Below are positions 1 to 11,675 of a stretch of DNA of 64,000 nt, one piece after another. How positions within the stretch are numbered: the first letter of the stretch is position 1; the number at the start of each line of letters is the position of its first letter. The stretch covers positions 66,588,001-66,652,000 of the forward strand of contig NW_027266297.1 in the NCBI RefSeq assembly GCF_022045235.1, written 5' to 3'. Under the pieces are notes generated by a model. The model had not been told where the DNA came from and did no database searches. It saw only the letters and a list, made by a program, of their open reading frames with translations. The position numbers were made by a program, and so were the translations under genes. The stretch comes from Haliotis cracherodii. Its lineage: Eukaryota.

Positions 1-784
1 GTATTATGAGATACCATAGTATTAATATATTCTTTATATAAGCTACTTGTGATATGAATGTATAACTGATATAATGTATGGCCGTTTCTATACTGTTGTA
101 ATTGTTTCAGGGCCATTTTCTCCATTTTCTCCCTTTCTCCATTCCGTCATTTCAACGTTTCTTCATCTGAATAAAAACCGATCACAACCCCACAGCGAGT
201 CATATATTGGCGTCAAACCAGCTGTAACATCAAGAATTGAAGAAAGTGTCTGGGCTCCTTTTTAATATATTTTATTACTATAATGTAACAACTGTTCCTT
301 TTCTGCAAAATATGTTAGTCTACCCAAACTGCACCTCAACATTTTAGAATTTGGCCCAGCTATCTATCCATATGAGCGCTTTAACAAATTCCCCGCCCAT
401 TGAGACATTAAGAGCAGGGGAAACTGCTACAGCTAAACGCGGACTTAAAGATGACTAAATGGATCACGTGACCCGAAGTCCATGTTGCTGTGTGGACAAT
501 ATACACACACTGAGCGCCTAGATCTATTCTGTCAACAAACTGTAGCCGGAATTAACTTAGCTGTGTCGCTAAATAAGTCGGATTACCTGTTTACCAAGGC
601 TGTATATAGCCCGAGTAGGATGGGACTGTAGGAGAGTTGGTTGTAACACTTACTCCACGTTCAGCGTTGTACTGGCAGTAGAGCAGATTCACTGCTGTGG
701 TTGACAATATTCTTTCGTTTTATTTCTCGTTATTACCTACGTCATTTCCATCCAGCGCATCGCATCGTTTATCATACACGATCG

Positions 785-977
785 GGGATGAAGTCCTGGT
801 TTGAGACGCAAAATGAGGGCTTTTACAAGCGAGGTCGCCATAGTTGCAGAAAACGATGGGAGAAGTGTGTAACTCTTGGTGGTTCCTATGTGGAGAAAGA
901 CTAATACCTATGCCAAGTTTCATTCCACTAGGTCCATCGGAAGTGGATCAGGGGAAATCTTTAATGAACGCCCCTCG
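785..977 (+). mobile_element. Mariner-family transposon 3' remnant
   Basis: KSWFETQNEGFYKRG...RWEKCVTLGGSYVEKD* matches the mariner transposase C-terminus; ends in ...AATGAACGCCCCTCG followed by TA. Confidence 0.75.
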
Positions 978-1002
978 TATATCTCTGCCAGTTGAACAAA
1001 AA

Positions 1003-1235
1003 TAGTCCAGCTGTATGGCGGCGGTCTGTAAATATTCGAGTCTTGACCAGACAATCCAGTTACTGATATCATGAGCATCAGTCCACGCAATTGGGATACG
1101 ATGACATGCATCAAACAAGTCAGGAATCCTGGCCACCCAATCCCGTTAGTCGAATCAGGATACGGCAAGTATAATGGCCTTTTACGGCAAGCATTGGTTG
1201 CTGAAGACCTATTCTGTCTCGGATCTTAACGGGTC
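1003..1235 (-). mobile_element. Short retroposon family C copy (non-tRNA head)
   Basis: Reverse complement of the copies at 2399, 36916, 38432 and 61256. Confidence 0.85.
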
Positions 1236-1247
1236 TGACATGTATAA

Positions 1248-1895
1248 CAAGAGACCATATACTGATGTGCGTATATGGTCCCTGGTACAACTTTCTTCAG
1301 TAGTTTGTGACGTCACTGTCGGTACACGTTATCAATTTAAGGGGACGTAACTGGCAGGGTGTAGTGTGATCGCCTGGGCGACGAACGAAAACTGAACTAC
1401 TGGTCCACCCCATCTCCCCGAGACAGTGTCCCGAGTTATGTCCCTTCTATGTCCCTCCAACTGACCAATCAGATTCCACCTCTCATAATCATTTGCTTCA
1501 AACAAAATGGCGGCGCCCAGTCAAGACGATCTGATCGATAATTAATATCTATATTATAATAAAACAGGTCTTACTTCGCGAAGTGCGTCAAATCACGTGA
1601 GCACATTGATTAAAAACATGAACAAATTTGGAAAATATCTGTTGACGCTACACTTTCTTTGCAAATACTGTAATCGACCGAAATCTGCAAGGCAGTTTAC
1701 GAACCGGATGTCGATTTCGTTACGCAATTTTGATTGCACTATGCATAGACTCGTTAGTCCAGCCAAAATATAACTCCATAATTCCAGCCTAGTTCGGCAA
1801 GGATTGAAACTGGACTTTTATAGACAGTTATTTCCCTTGCCTCTGGAACATGGGTCAACCCAACCGCCCCATAGGTTCGGAGAAGGGTCTCTTTA
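1248..1895. mobile_element. Unclassified non-autonomous DNA element; internal part repeated inverted at about 7258-7420
   Basis: Short terminal IR AAGAGACC...GGTCTCTT; about 160 bp of 1690-1848 recurs as reverse complement at 7258-7420. Confidence 0.5.
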
Positions 1896-2398
1896 TATAT
1901 CGCAGTATGCGTGCACAGACATCAAGTGTAATACCCAGTGACATGGCCACCAGTTCACAATGAAAATGAATATCGGCTTTATATTCAAAAGCAATAATCA
2001 CGTATGAGTGTTGCATGTTTGTGCTGTGATTGCCATTGCATGCTAATGCACATCAAGCGGCACAGCGCGACCTGGGACACACAGTCGCCTACATCTAGTG
2101 CCGCTGCACGACAACAGTGGCCCGACGTTCCTTCCTGTCATGTCATGCTGCACTCGCTGTCACTGTCGTTGTCGTCAGGGGGGTTTCCTGGGGGACAGTG
2201 ATCCATCACAGACCCACGCATCCCGCCCGGGACAAAGTGATTGATGATGCAACAGGCACAATACTTAGCCTATGGACATGTATTTCAGTCCGGTTCTCCA
2301 TGCACGGCATTCAACACTTTGTTTAAGGACAATGCAAGCAATCTGTAAATTATACTTAATGCATCATACCGTGCCACTACCGATATACCGATCTTGAC

Positions 2399-2643
2399 GA
2401 CCCTTGAGGATCCGGGGTAGAATAGGTCTTCAGCAACCCATGCTTGTCGTAAAAGGCGACCATGCTTGTTGTAAGAGGCGACTAACAGGATCGGGTGATC
2501 AGCCTCGCTGACTTGGTTGATGCATGTCATCATATCTCAATTGTGTGGATCGATGCTCATGATGTCAATCACTGGATTGTCTGACTCGATTATTTACAGA
2601 CCGCCGTCATATAGCTTGAATGTTGCTGAGTGCAGCGTTAAAG
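2399..2643 (+). mobile_element. Short retroposon family C copy
   Basis: GACCC.TGA.GATCCGGGGTAGAATAGGTCTTCAGCAACCC head through ...GCTGAGTGCAGCGTTAAA tail. Confidence 0.88.
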
Positions 2644-4145
2644 AAAAAAAAAGAAAAACACAAGGATCCCCTTGGCTTCTCCATTGCCTATCACTGGCGG
2701 ATTCAGGGTGGGTGGGTGCAGAGTGCAGGGTGCGCAGGGTGTCGGTGCGCACCCGACATGTCCAAAGTGCAACTGCCACTACAAGTTGTAGTGGTATCAC
2801 TCGGGGTGCATGTTGTTCCATGCATCTCTCATTAGGTTTTTTACCGCTCGCTCCAACCTTACGGTGGACATAAAAAACCACATTTATCCCGACTGATACT
2901 GCTGCAAGGAATTTATCTGACTGACATGTTTTAATCTGCCATTGTAAAGTATTAAAACAAATTGAAAATTGATCGAAAACAGCTGTTCTATTGAGCTCAG
3001 GTTAACAGGAAAGAAATTGCGGCTTGTTGCTTCGAAGCGGGGTATAAAGGATTTATTCTCCCTCTCAGAAATCAACGTGCAGTCTGTTTTGTTCGTGGCG
3101 GGGTATAAGGGATTTATTCTTCCGTTGAGAACTGAACCTCCAAGGCGGCATACATAATATTTTATCAAAATCACATGAACCAATCAGATCTCATCATTCT
3201 GACATGGAGGTATGATAAATGTTTTTATCTGAACAGTTAGTTGGGTATTATACGTAAGCCCCTTTGTAGAGGAGAATGTTCGAGTAACATTCCATTACTT
3301 AAAAATAATGGAGCCGAGGCCCATAATTCTTAATAATATAAATAAATGCCACAAACCGTCCATATTCATAAGAAATCTCTGACCAAAACAGACTCAATGG
3401 TACGATACCGTCTACGATACCGTACGATATCACCAGCAAGTGTTTATAAATCATTATCAAATATTAATAATAAATCCAGGTATCCTGTCCCATCGGTGGC
3501 ACCCGTCACAAACACCTGCAAGTCAGTTGTAAGGAATGGAGAGTTAGTCGGACATTACCCAACTTAAAACACACCCTTACTTTTAGAAAACTGACATAAC
3601 ATTCTCGAAAGTATTTGAAAAATAAACCAGGAATCTTCGAATATAGCCTGTATTTTTACAGTATGAGTCGTATACAGAATGGGCAAATGCATGGTGCATG
3701 GCTCATTACTACTTCGTGGGGCCCTAAACATTTATTTTATCAATCGCTCGCACGTTTTTTAAACATGCTTAAGGGACTATAGGAAATATAGAGCCCAGAA
3801 CAAGGATACATATGTTGACCTGATTTTTTTATTTTTTTTTCTCGTCAAAGGTTTATGTAATTGCTTCAAAAAGAAACATCGTAAGTAGGTAGCATACATG
3901 TTGTACATACACCATTAAACAAATAATGATCTGATCTTTTAAGGATTACAATTAAATGAAAATATCTAATAGTTAATTTCACACTGCACTGTGTCAATGT
4001 AATTGATGAGGGACGCTATTAGATATCCCTAAATCATAAGATGCAGGTTCGAACCCCTCTGGCGACACATGTTTTCCGACAAAATTTAAAATGAATCACT
4101 TGTCAAAATATAAAATGATCTATTCCAAGTGTAAATTGATAAAAT

Positions 4146-4315
4146 NNNNNNNNNNNNNNNNNNNNNNNNNNNNNNNNNNNNNNNNNNNNNNNNNNNNNNN
4201 NNNNNNNNNNNNNNNNNNNNNNNNNNNNNNNNNNNNNNNNNNNNNNNNNNNNNNNNNNNNNNNNNNNNNNNNNNNNNNNNNNNNNNNNNNNNNNNNNNNN
4301 NNNNNNNNNNNNNNN
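4146..4315. other. Assembly gap
   Basis: Run of N. Confidence 1.
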
Positions 4316-4984
4316 ATAAACGCAGAAAATAGGGTTTTGGTGACCGGCAGGGCACAGTCAGGCTGGTTAGGCTCATCACTTTTCAGGTATGTTTAACAGC
4401 ATCCTGCTGTGGGTTATGTTAACTTGACCGAGCTACTTGCCACAATCCAAGGGAGGCGAGGCATCCTATCAGGTGTCATATCAAACATGACACATACACA
4501 CTGGGGTTCAGTTTAAACATTTTATTACAACCAACAGTCATGCGCACAAAGAGCCCCGGGTGGGCCCCATAAACCAGAATCAGTCTCACATTCTGGGTGT
4601 CTTATAACTGAAAGGACAGCCATCCTTGATACATAGATATACGGTTCAGCTAGCGGGCAGACCAGCCTCGGAACAACCACTGACAATCAACAATAAAGTG
4701 GTGGTATACCGCCAAGAAAGGCTGGGACGGGTAACCCGGGTACTCCGGTCGGGTGGGTATTGAGTAGGACCCGGATACCGACATGATACCCGTGGTTAGT
4801 CACGTGATTATATTTTTAAATGGCAAAAATTATCTAGAACTATATGGCTACACTATAAGTGGCAAATGTTCACATTCCTTTCTGACTATGCACAGATTCC
4901 TTCTGACTTTATATTTTTGCATAAAGATAAACCTTCAGTCAACTTCAGTGTATGCATGACCAGAATGGTCTAAATACATTTTGA

Positions 4985-5450
4985 GTGAGTGAGTGAGTTG
5001 GGTTTAACGCCGCTTTTAACAGTATTCCAGTTATATCACGGCGTGTCAGCTTAATGTGGGAGGAGGGGCGGTCGGGTAGCCTAGTGATTAAAGCGTTCGA
5101 TCGTCACGCCGAAGACCCGGGTTCGATTCCCGATATGGGTACAATGTGTGAAGCCCATTTCTGGTGTCCCCCGCCGTGATATTGCTGGAATATTGCTAAA
5201 AGCGGCGTAAAACCAAACTCACTCACTCACTCACTCACTCATGTGGGAGGAAAGCCCGAAGTGATGCAGGTCTCAGACGTTTACCACTTTGGTGAAACAC
5301 ACGAGCACGTGTATGGTGCTGACAAACCTAGAAACATAATCGGGGCGAACCGGGATTCGAACCCACAATCATAGGTTTCTGGCGTGCCCAAGGGACGCAA
5401 CTCTGCATGGCGAATCGCGGCGCCTTAGACGACTGGGCCACCCGTGCCCT
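4985..5450 (-). mobile_element. SINE family B (tRNA-Leu-like head), interrupted by SINE A
   Basis: Matches copies at 26999, 37615 and 48051; TSD TACATTTTGA; (ACTC)n tail. Confidence 0.9.
5065..5240 (+). mobile_element. SINE family A (tRNA-Asp-like head)
   Basis: A box TAGCCTAGTG, GTCAC anticodon-like loop, B box GGTTCGATTCC, (ACTC)n tail, 11-bp TSD ATGTGGGAGGA. Confidence 0.93.
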
Positions 5451-6260
5451 AATTACATTTTGACAGGAGTACGGTCAAACGTTTTCCAATCGCACATTTT
5501 GTACCTGTCTCTTGAGACCTACAGCGGGTACCCGGGTAGAGTCGGGTAATAGGGGGTGGGTACCCAGGGAATAAATTTGGACTCGTCCGAGCACTAACCG
5601 CCAGTGCTATACTCGTGGTGTAGTAATAGTGTTGTCTCCCCTTAGGAAGTCAAAGATTTGAATACAAACACTCGCAGTTAAACATAACAGACACTACAAA
5701 GTATCAAATAAATAGCTGTTGTCCAGGTGCATTAATGAATTCGCTTGATACTCCATCCTAAGTCCGGATACGGTTTGTGTTTCCATGGTGACGGAGTCTT
5801 CCCTGCGGTGAAGTTGCAGCTGTCGCGGACATCCACCTGTATTCTCCTCCGCCTGCCGCTCCATGAAAGGTCGAAGTAATTTCTTACCGGATGTATAGCG
5901 GATGCAATTTCTAGTATTTATTTCAAGCAGCCATCTAACGCTTGTCGCACAGGCGACGCATTAGCAGACCTGTTGTCAGTAAATTGGTTTTGATTAAGTT
6001 TGTATGCTAATGTCTCCATGCGAAAGAGGCCACCCAAGCTAAACAGCCAGACATGACATGCTCCACTGAAGTTTAAACACAATGTGCTTTATCCCAGGCA
6101 AGCCTTTTTGACTACAAACCGGTGTTAGATAATCATTATTAGCTTGGAGGACAGGGTGATAACTGTATATAACAGATAGGTAAACAGATGACGTGATTAC
6201 TCTGTATGAATAAAAGGCAGTTGAACATATGCATTGTCCGTATGTATAGGAGATATTCTC

Positions 6261-6530
6261 TTTGTTTGTTTTGTTTGTTTGTTCTTAAACGCCGCACTCA
6301 GCGATAGTTCAGCTATATGACAGCGGTCTGTAAATTATCGAGTCTGGACCAGACAATCCAGTGATTGATATCATGAGCATCGATCCGGGCTTTTGGGATA
6401 CGATGACATGCATCAACCAAGTCAGCGAGCCTGACCATCCTGTCCCGTAAGTCGTCTCTCACGACAAGCATAGTTGCCTCTCATGACAAGCATGTTGTTG
6501 AAGACATATTCAACCCCGTGTCTTCAAGCA
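6261..6530 (-). mobile_element. Short retroposon family C copy
   Basis: Family match with (AAAC)n tail; further head fragments at about 6555 and 7230. Confidence 0.85.
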
Positions 6531-6614
6531 CAGTCGCATGTTACGGCGAGCGTTGGTTGCTGAAGACCTATTCCCCGTGATAGTGCATTCCCATGGTGGC
6601 GTTGCTGTTGCTGT

Positions 6615-7045
6615 GATAGTTCATGTTCCTAATGTTGGTGTAGTCCCTAGTATAGGGCATGTTCCTGATGTTGGTGTTGTTCCTGGTACAGGGCTTGTTC
6701 TTAGTGATGGTGTTGTCCCTGATACAGGGCATGTCCTCAGTGATGGTGTTGTCCCTGGTACAGGGCATGTTCTCAGTGATGGTGTTGTCCCTGATACAGG
6801 GCATGTCCTTAGTGATGGTGTTGTCCCTGATACAGGGAATGTTCTCAGTGATGGTGTTGTCCCTGGTACAGGGCATGTTCTTACTGATGGTGTTGTCCCT
6901 GGTACAGGGCATGTTCTCAGTGATGGTGTTGTCCCTGGTACAGGACATGTTCTCAGTGATGGTGTTGTCCCTGGTACAGGGCATGTTCTTACTGATGATG
7001 TTGTCCCTCGTACAGGGCATGTTCTTACTGATGGTGTTGTCCCTG
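6615..7045. repeat. 36-bp minisatellite, about 12 units
   Basis: Unit GGTGTTGTCCCTGGTACAGGGCATGTTCTCAGTGAT. Confidence 0.95.
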
Positions 7046-7420
7046 CAGAGGCCTGGGTTGGGTACATGACATATAAAGTGGTGTAAACATTATTGAAAAG
7101 TACAACATAATTGTCGGTCATTCATTGGTCATGTTTTATCATAACAAATTGATTGTCAAAACCCATACTTAGTAGCAGGACATAGGGCGACACGCCCTTA
7201 AAGAGGGGTGGTGTAACAGCTCAATCATGGGTTGCTGAAGACCTATTCTTCGCCATCTTCCAGAGGCAAGGGAGTTAACTGACTCTAAAAGTCCAGTTTT
7301 CATCCTTGTCGAGCTCGGCTGGTATTATGGAGTTACAATTTGGCTGTACTAACTGTTCTATGCATAGTCCAAACAAAACTGCGCAATGAAATCGAAATCC
7401 GGTTCGTAAAATGTCGCGCA

Positions 7421-7750
7421 TTGGTTGGCCCGCGGGGTAACCTCAAGACAAATGTTGGTTGGTCTGCGGGGTAACCTCAAGACAAATGTTGGTTGGTCCG
7501 CGGGGTAACCTCAAGACAAGTGTTGGTTGGTCTGCGGGGTAACCTCAAGACAAATGTTGGTTGGTCTGCAGGGTAACCTCAAGACAAATATTGGTTGGCC
7601 CGCGGGGTAACCTCAAGACAAGTGTCGGTTGGCCCGCGGTATAACCTCAAGACAAATGTTGGTTGGCCTGCGGGGTAACCTCGAGAATAGCGTTAGTTGG
7701 TCCACTGGGCAACCGCAAGACACATGTTAATTTTGCTGCATGGGGCAACC
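7421..7750. repeat. 34-bp minisatellite, about 9 units, plus one further unit after a SINE A fragment (about 7755-7822)
   Basis: Unit TTGGTTGGCCCGCGGGGTAACCTCAAGACAAATG. Confidence 0.93.
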
Positions 7751-8035
7751 TTAAGTGAGTGAATAGGGTTTTATGCCGCTTTTAGTAATATTCCAGCAAT
7801 ATCACGGCGGGGGACACCAGAAGGCCATCTCAGGACAAATGTCGGTTGGCCAACGGGGTAACCTCGAGACAAGATTAAGTCAATGGACCTGTTTCTTTAA
7901 AAGACTATAAGATGACCTTGACATGTACTTGTGCAAACTGACGCATTGAAAAGCATTGCTTCCCAATCAATTCATCAACACTATACATGTTCACACTCAT
8001 AGCTACAAGGCAACATATTGCGGTGCAGCTGTTTG

Positions 8036-8235
8036 TACCCTTTGAACATCCGGGTTAGAATAGGTCTTCAGAAACCATGCATGTCGTAAGAGGCGACTAA
8101 CGGGATAGGATGGTCAGGCTCGCTGACTTGGTTGATGCATGTCATCGATCCCAATTGCGTGGATTGATGGTCCAGACTCGATTCTTTAAATGCCGCGGTC
8201 ATACAGCTAAATATGGCCTTAGACAAAAACAAGCA
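8036..8235 (+). mobile_element. Short retroposon family C copy, internally deleted
   Basis: Family match with a single GTCGTAAGAGGCGAC module. Confidence 0.8.
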
Positions 8236-9114
8236 GTTGTTCGTCATTATGCTTTCGCTTGTTGCAGTAACAATATCGTTATACTTAGACGTGAATGTGT
8301 CTGTGATATCACGTTCTGCACTAAATATGTTCTTAAATCGTATAACTTTTGCATAAAGAAGTAAAGACGATGCATACAGTGCATTCCTGATCCGGATGTT
8401 GAATACAACGCAACATTCTGCTTTCAAGGCTGAAAATTATCACGCTAGAGCTTTCAGCGCGAAACTCCTTTACATATTATGTATTCTTGGTCAGCAATTG
8501 AGAGTCTACGGTTGAGTACCGACGATACAGCATTCACCGGTCCGGCCTGCTCGCTGAGCTGTGATAACAACCCGCCACCGACACCTGTTCCCACGCTCAG
8601 CCTTATCTAGCAGGGGACACAACTCTTACATCATACGCGACAAGGCTCGTGCATCTGCCACACACAAAGCGGACAGACGAACCGGCGTGCACTTGCGCAG
8701 TCAGACGTGCTGGAACGCAGGTTGATTCATAGTCCAGACTCAGCGGGCATTTTTATGTAATGGTGTCAGACGTGTTTGTTCTTTAAATGTACGCCCGGTG
8801 TACACGGCAAGTGGTTTTCGTTTCTTTTTATTAATAAACATTGTGAGTTACGAGTATGGCTCAACACTGATGATTCATCGTTTTGCCGATATCAAACAGT
8901 CGTGTGGTTTAACGACAAACACTTCAACTGCAAGCAAATATTCAACTCATTATGCATATAATTTGACAACAATCTTTGCCAGTAATGTAAATAACCAGTT
9001 TGAAAGGGGCTCACTGAAACGTTGCCATTTTAGTTTTTTTGGCCTCACTTCGTTACACTGACTGTTATTGTTGAATGATGGATAGTTTCAGCTGAACGCA
9101 CCACAGTCGTTTTA

Positions 9115-9952
9115 CCGCATCTGCCATACGACCAGTCGCATCATCCAGACCACCAGTCGCATCTTCCATTCTCCTACTCGTATCGTCAATACCATCAGTT
9201 GCATCATCCATACCATTCGGTGCATCATGCATACCATTCGTCGCATCATGCATAGCATCAGTCACATCATGCATACCACAAGTCGCATCATGCATACCTC
9301 AAGTCGCGTCATCTATACCATCAATCAAATCATGCCTATCTTTCGTCGCACCATGCATACCACAAGTTGTATCATCCTTACCACAAGTCGAATCATCCAT
9401 ACCATCAGTCGCATCATGAATACCACAAGTCGCATGATCCATACCACAGTCGCATCAATACCACCAGTCGCACCATCCATACCATCAATCGCATCATGCA
9501 TACCATCAGTCGCATCACCCATACCATCAGTCGCATCATGCATGCCACAAGTCGCGTCATCCATACCATTCGGTGAATCATGCACACCATTCGTCGAATC
9601 ATGCATACCATTCGTCGCATCATGCATACCACTCGTCGCATCATGCATACCACGAGTCGCACCATCCATACCATCAATCGCATCATGCATACCATAATCG
9701 CATCAATACCAACAGTCGCACCATCCATACCATCAATCGCATTATTCATACCATTCGTCGCATCATCCATACCACAGTCGCATCAATACCATCAGGCGCA
9801 TCAATACCACCAGCCGCACCATCCATACCATCAATCGCATCATGCAAACCACAAATCGCATCATCTATACCATCAATCGCATCATGCATACCATCAGTCG
9901 CATCATGATTACCACAAGTCGCATCATCCACACCACAGTCGCATCATCCACA
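9115..9952. repeat. 21-bp minisatellite with shorter variant units
   Basis: Unit CATCATGCATACCATCAGTCG; produces the MHDATDG-type pseudo-ORFs. Confidence 0.93.
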
Positions 9953-9986
9953 CACAGCGAGACATAACGTCACGTGGGCACCTGCC

Positions 9987-10250
9987 GGGTACCCATGTTA
10001 CAACAACGGAGTTAAGTATGTTCACAACGGGTACCCATGTTACAACGGGGTAAACTGAAGAAGTATAGGGTTAATTGTGTGGACAACTGGTACCCATGTT
10101 ACAACGGGGTAAACTGAAGGAGTATAGGGTTAATTGTGTGGACAACGGGTACCCATGTTACAACGGGGTAAACTGAAGGAGTATAGGGTTAATTGTGTGG
10201 ACAACGGGTACCCATGTTACAACGGGGTGAACTGAAACAGTGGAGGGTTA
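9987..10250. repeat. 59-bp tandem repeat, about 4 units
   Basis: GGGTACCCATGTTACAACGGGGTAAACTGAAGGAGTATAGGGTTAATTGTGTGGACAAC. Confidence 0.9.
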
Positions 10251-10252
10251 TG

Positions 10253-10410
10253 AGCGGTGGGGTAGCCTCGTGGTTAAAGCGTTCACTCGTCACACCAAAG
10301 ACCCGGGTTCGATTCCCAAAATGGGTACAATGTGTGAAGCCCATCACTAGTGTCCCCCGCCGTGACATAGCTGGAATATTGTTAAAAGTGGCGTAAAACC
10401 ATACTCACTC
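10253..10410 (+). mobile_element. SINE family A copy
   Basis: A and B boxes, family tail. Confidence 0.88.
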
Positions 10411-10895
10411 TGTAGGGTTAGGTGTTTCGATATTCTCCCAAGACAACCAGATACATTCCAAGGGGTTGTCCTTGAATATTGAAATTAATATCGTTCTGAT
10501 GTCTAGGTTTAATGATTATCTTGAACAGTGCAATGATATTTTACAATGTATTCATTGAATAATTTCAAAATATTGGAAACAAACCACAAAATGGTTAATG
10601 ATTTTATGGTATCTGTCAGCAGGCATGGGACAGACGGCTGCGATGTAAGGGGCATAACTCTTCCTGCACTAAGCCTCAGACATTATAATATTCAACGTAT
10701 ACGGTCGTTGGCCCGCTGTAGTAGGTACAAATCAATCTAGAGTGATTTGAGACTAGGTTGAGATGACTCTAGGCTTAGATCACTTCGCGTTGGGCTCAAA
10801 TCAAAGCCCTACATGTTTACAGTGTTCAACCTTAATGTTTTGTTTTGACAGTCAGCTCTGAAGCTTTAAGATGTTCATGTGACTTTTTTTCCAAT

Positions 10896-10961
10896 CTCAT
10901 TAAAATCAGACCTTAGTTCTCGCTACCGCTAAACAGAGAACTAAGGTCTGATTTTAATGAG
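10896..10961. repeat. Perfect 26-bp inverted repeat with 14-nt spacer (probable tiny MITE)
   Basis: CTCATTAAAATCAGACCTTAGTTCTC...GAGAACTAAGGTCTGATTTTAATGAG. Confidence 0.85.
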
Positions 10962-11675
10962 CCTGGCCTTTTTCTGACCTGAAAAAGTAGCAATATTTAT
11001 TTAATGTACCATTTCGAATAGCACTTGAAAGATTCAGATATAGATATATGGCGATAAGAAGCGAACACAGATATTGTCAGTTTTGTGATTTAAACATTGT
11101 AGAAAATGAACATCATTGTACATTGGCCATGCTCTCAAACCCCAATGAGATCCTGCCTCCATGGTCGAACCCTGTAATTGTTTTAAGATAACACATCCTA
11201 TCTACAGTCAGACAACATCTCAGTTTGTTCATTTCCAATACGCCCTTTGTGGTAAATGTAAGAAAAACACTTTCTGAAAAGAGTCTGCCACCAACCCTAC
11301 TCTTGTTAATTCTTACAAAAGTGGAATGTGTGGAAATGTCCTACCTTTGAGTAGTACTATCCTCTAGTTCGAATAGAACATTCGGGGTTAAGGTATTCCT
11401 AATGTAAATCAATTCGTTTTTTCGCCAGTTTGTACATAGTGGACAAATAAATATGAATGGATACACATGTACAGAGCGTCTCAGGGTGTATGTGTCTGAG
11501 AAAGCAAAACTATTCCATTTATAGCACAGATAAATACGTCTAAAGATATTATAATATTTTAATGAATGAGAAAGAGCAACAATTATTAGAATCAAAATCG
11601 GACATTTTAAGTAGTATAGGGGGAGTGATTTGGGCCTACGAGGGCGGAGTGCTCTAAGCTAATGCTCAAAACACT

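Larger units (their letters stand above)
4717..5596. mobile_element. hAT-like MITE interrupted by nested SINEs
   Basis: Ends AGGCTGGGACG...CGTCCGAGCACTA, approximate 8-bp TSD ACCGCCA(A/G), homologous to the uninterrupted copy at 45986-46283. Confidence 0.7.

Noticed and set aside
5065-5135. tRNA genes at SINE A/B heads
   Set aside because: Always followed by the same non-tRNA body, simple-repeat tail and TSDs, so these are SINEs rather than tRNAs
6538-7121. Overlapping 136-182 aa ORFs on both strands
   Set aside because: By-product of a 36-bp tandem repeat that is open in several frames
9065-10053. MHDATDG and IPSIASC repeat ORFs
   Set aside because: 21-bp minisatellite with frequent frame-shifting unit variants
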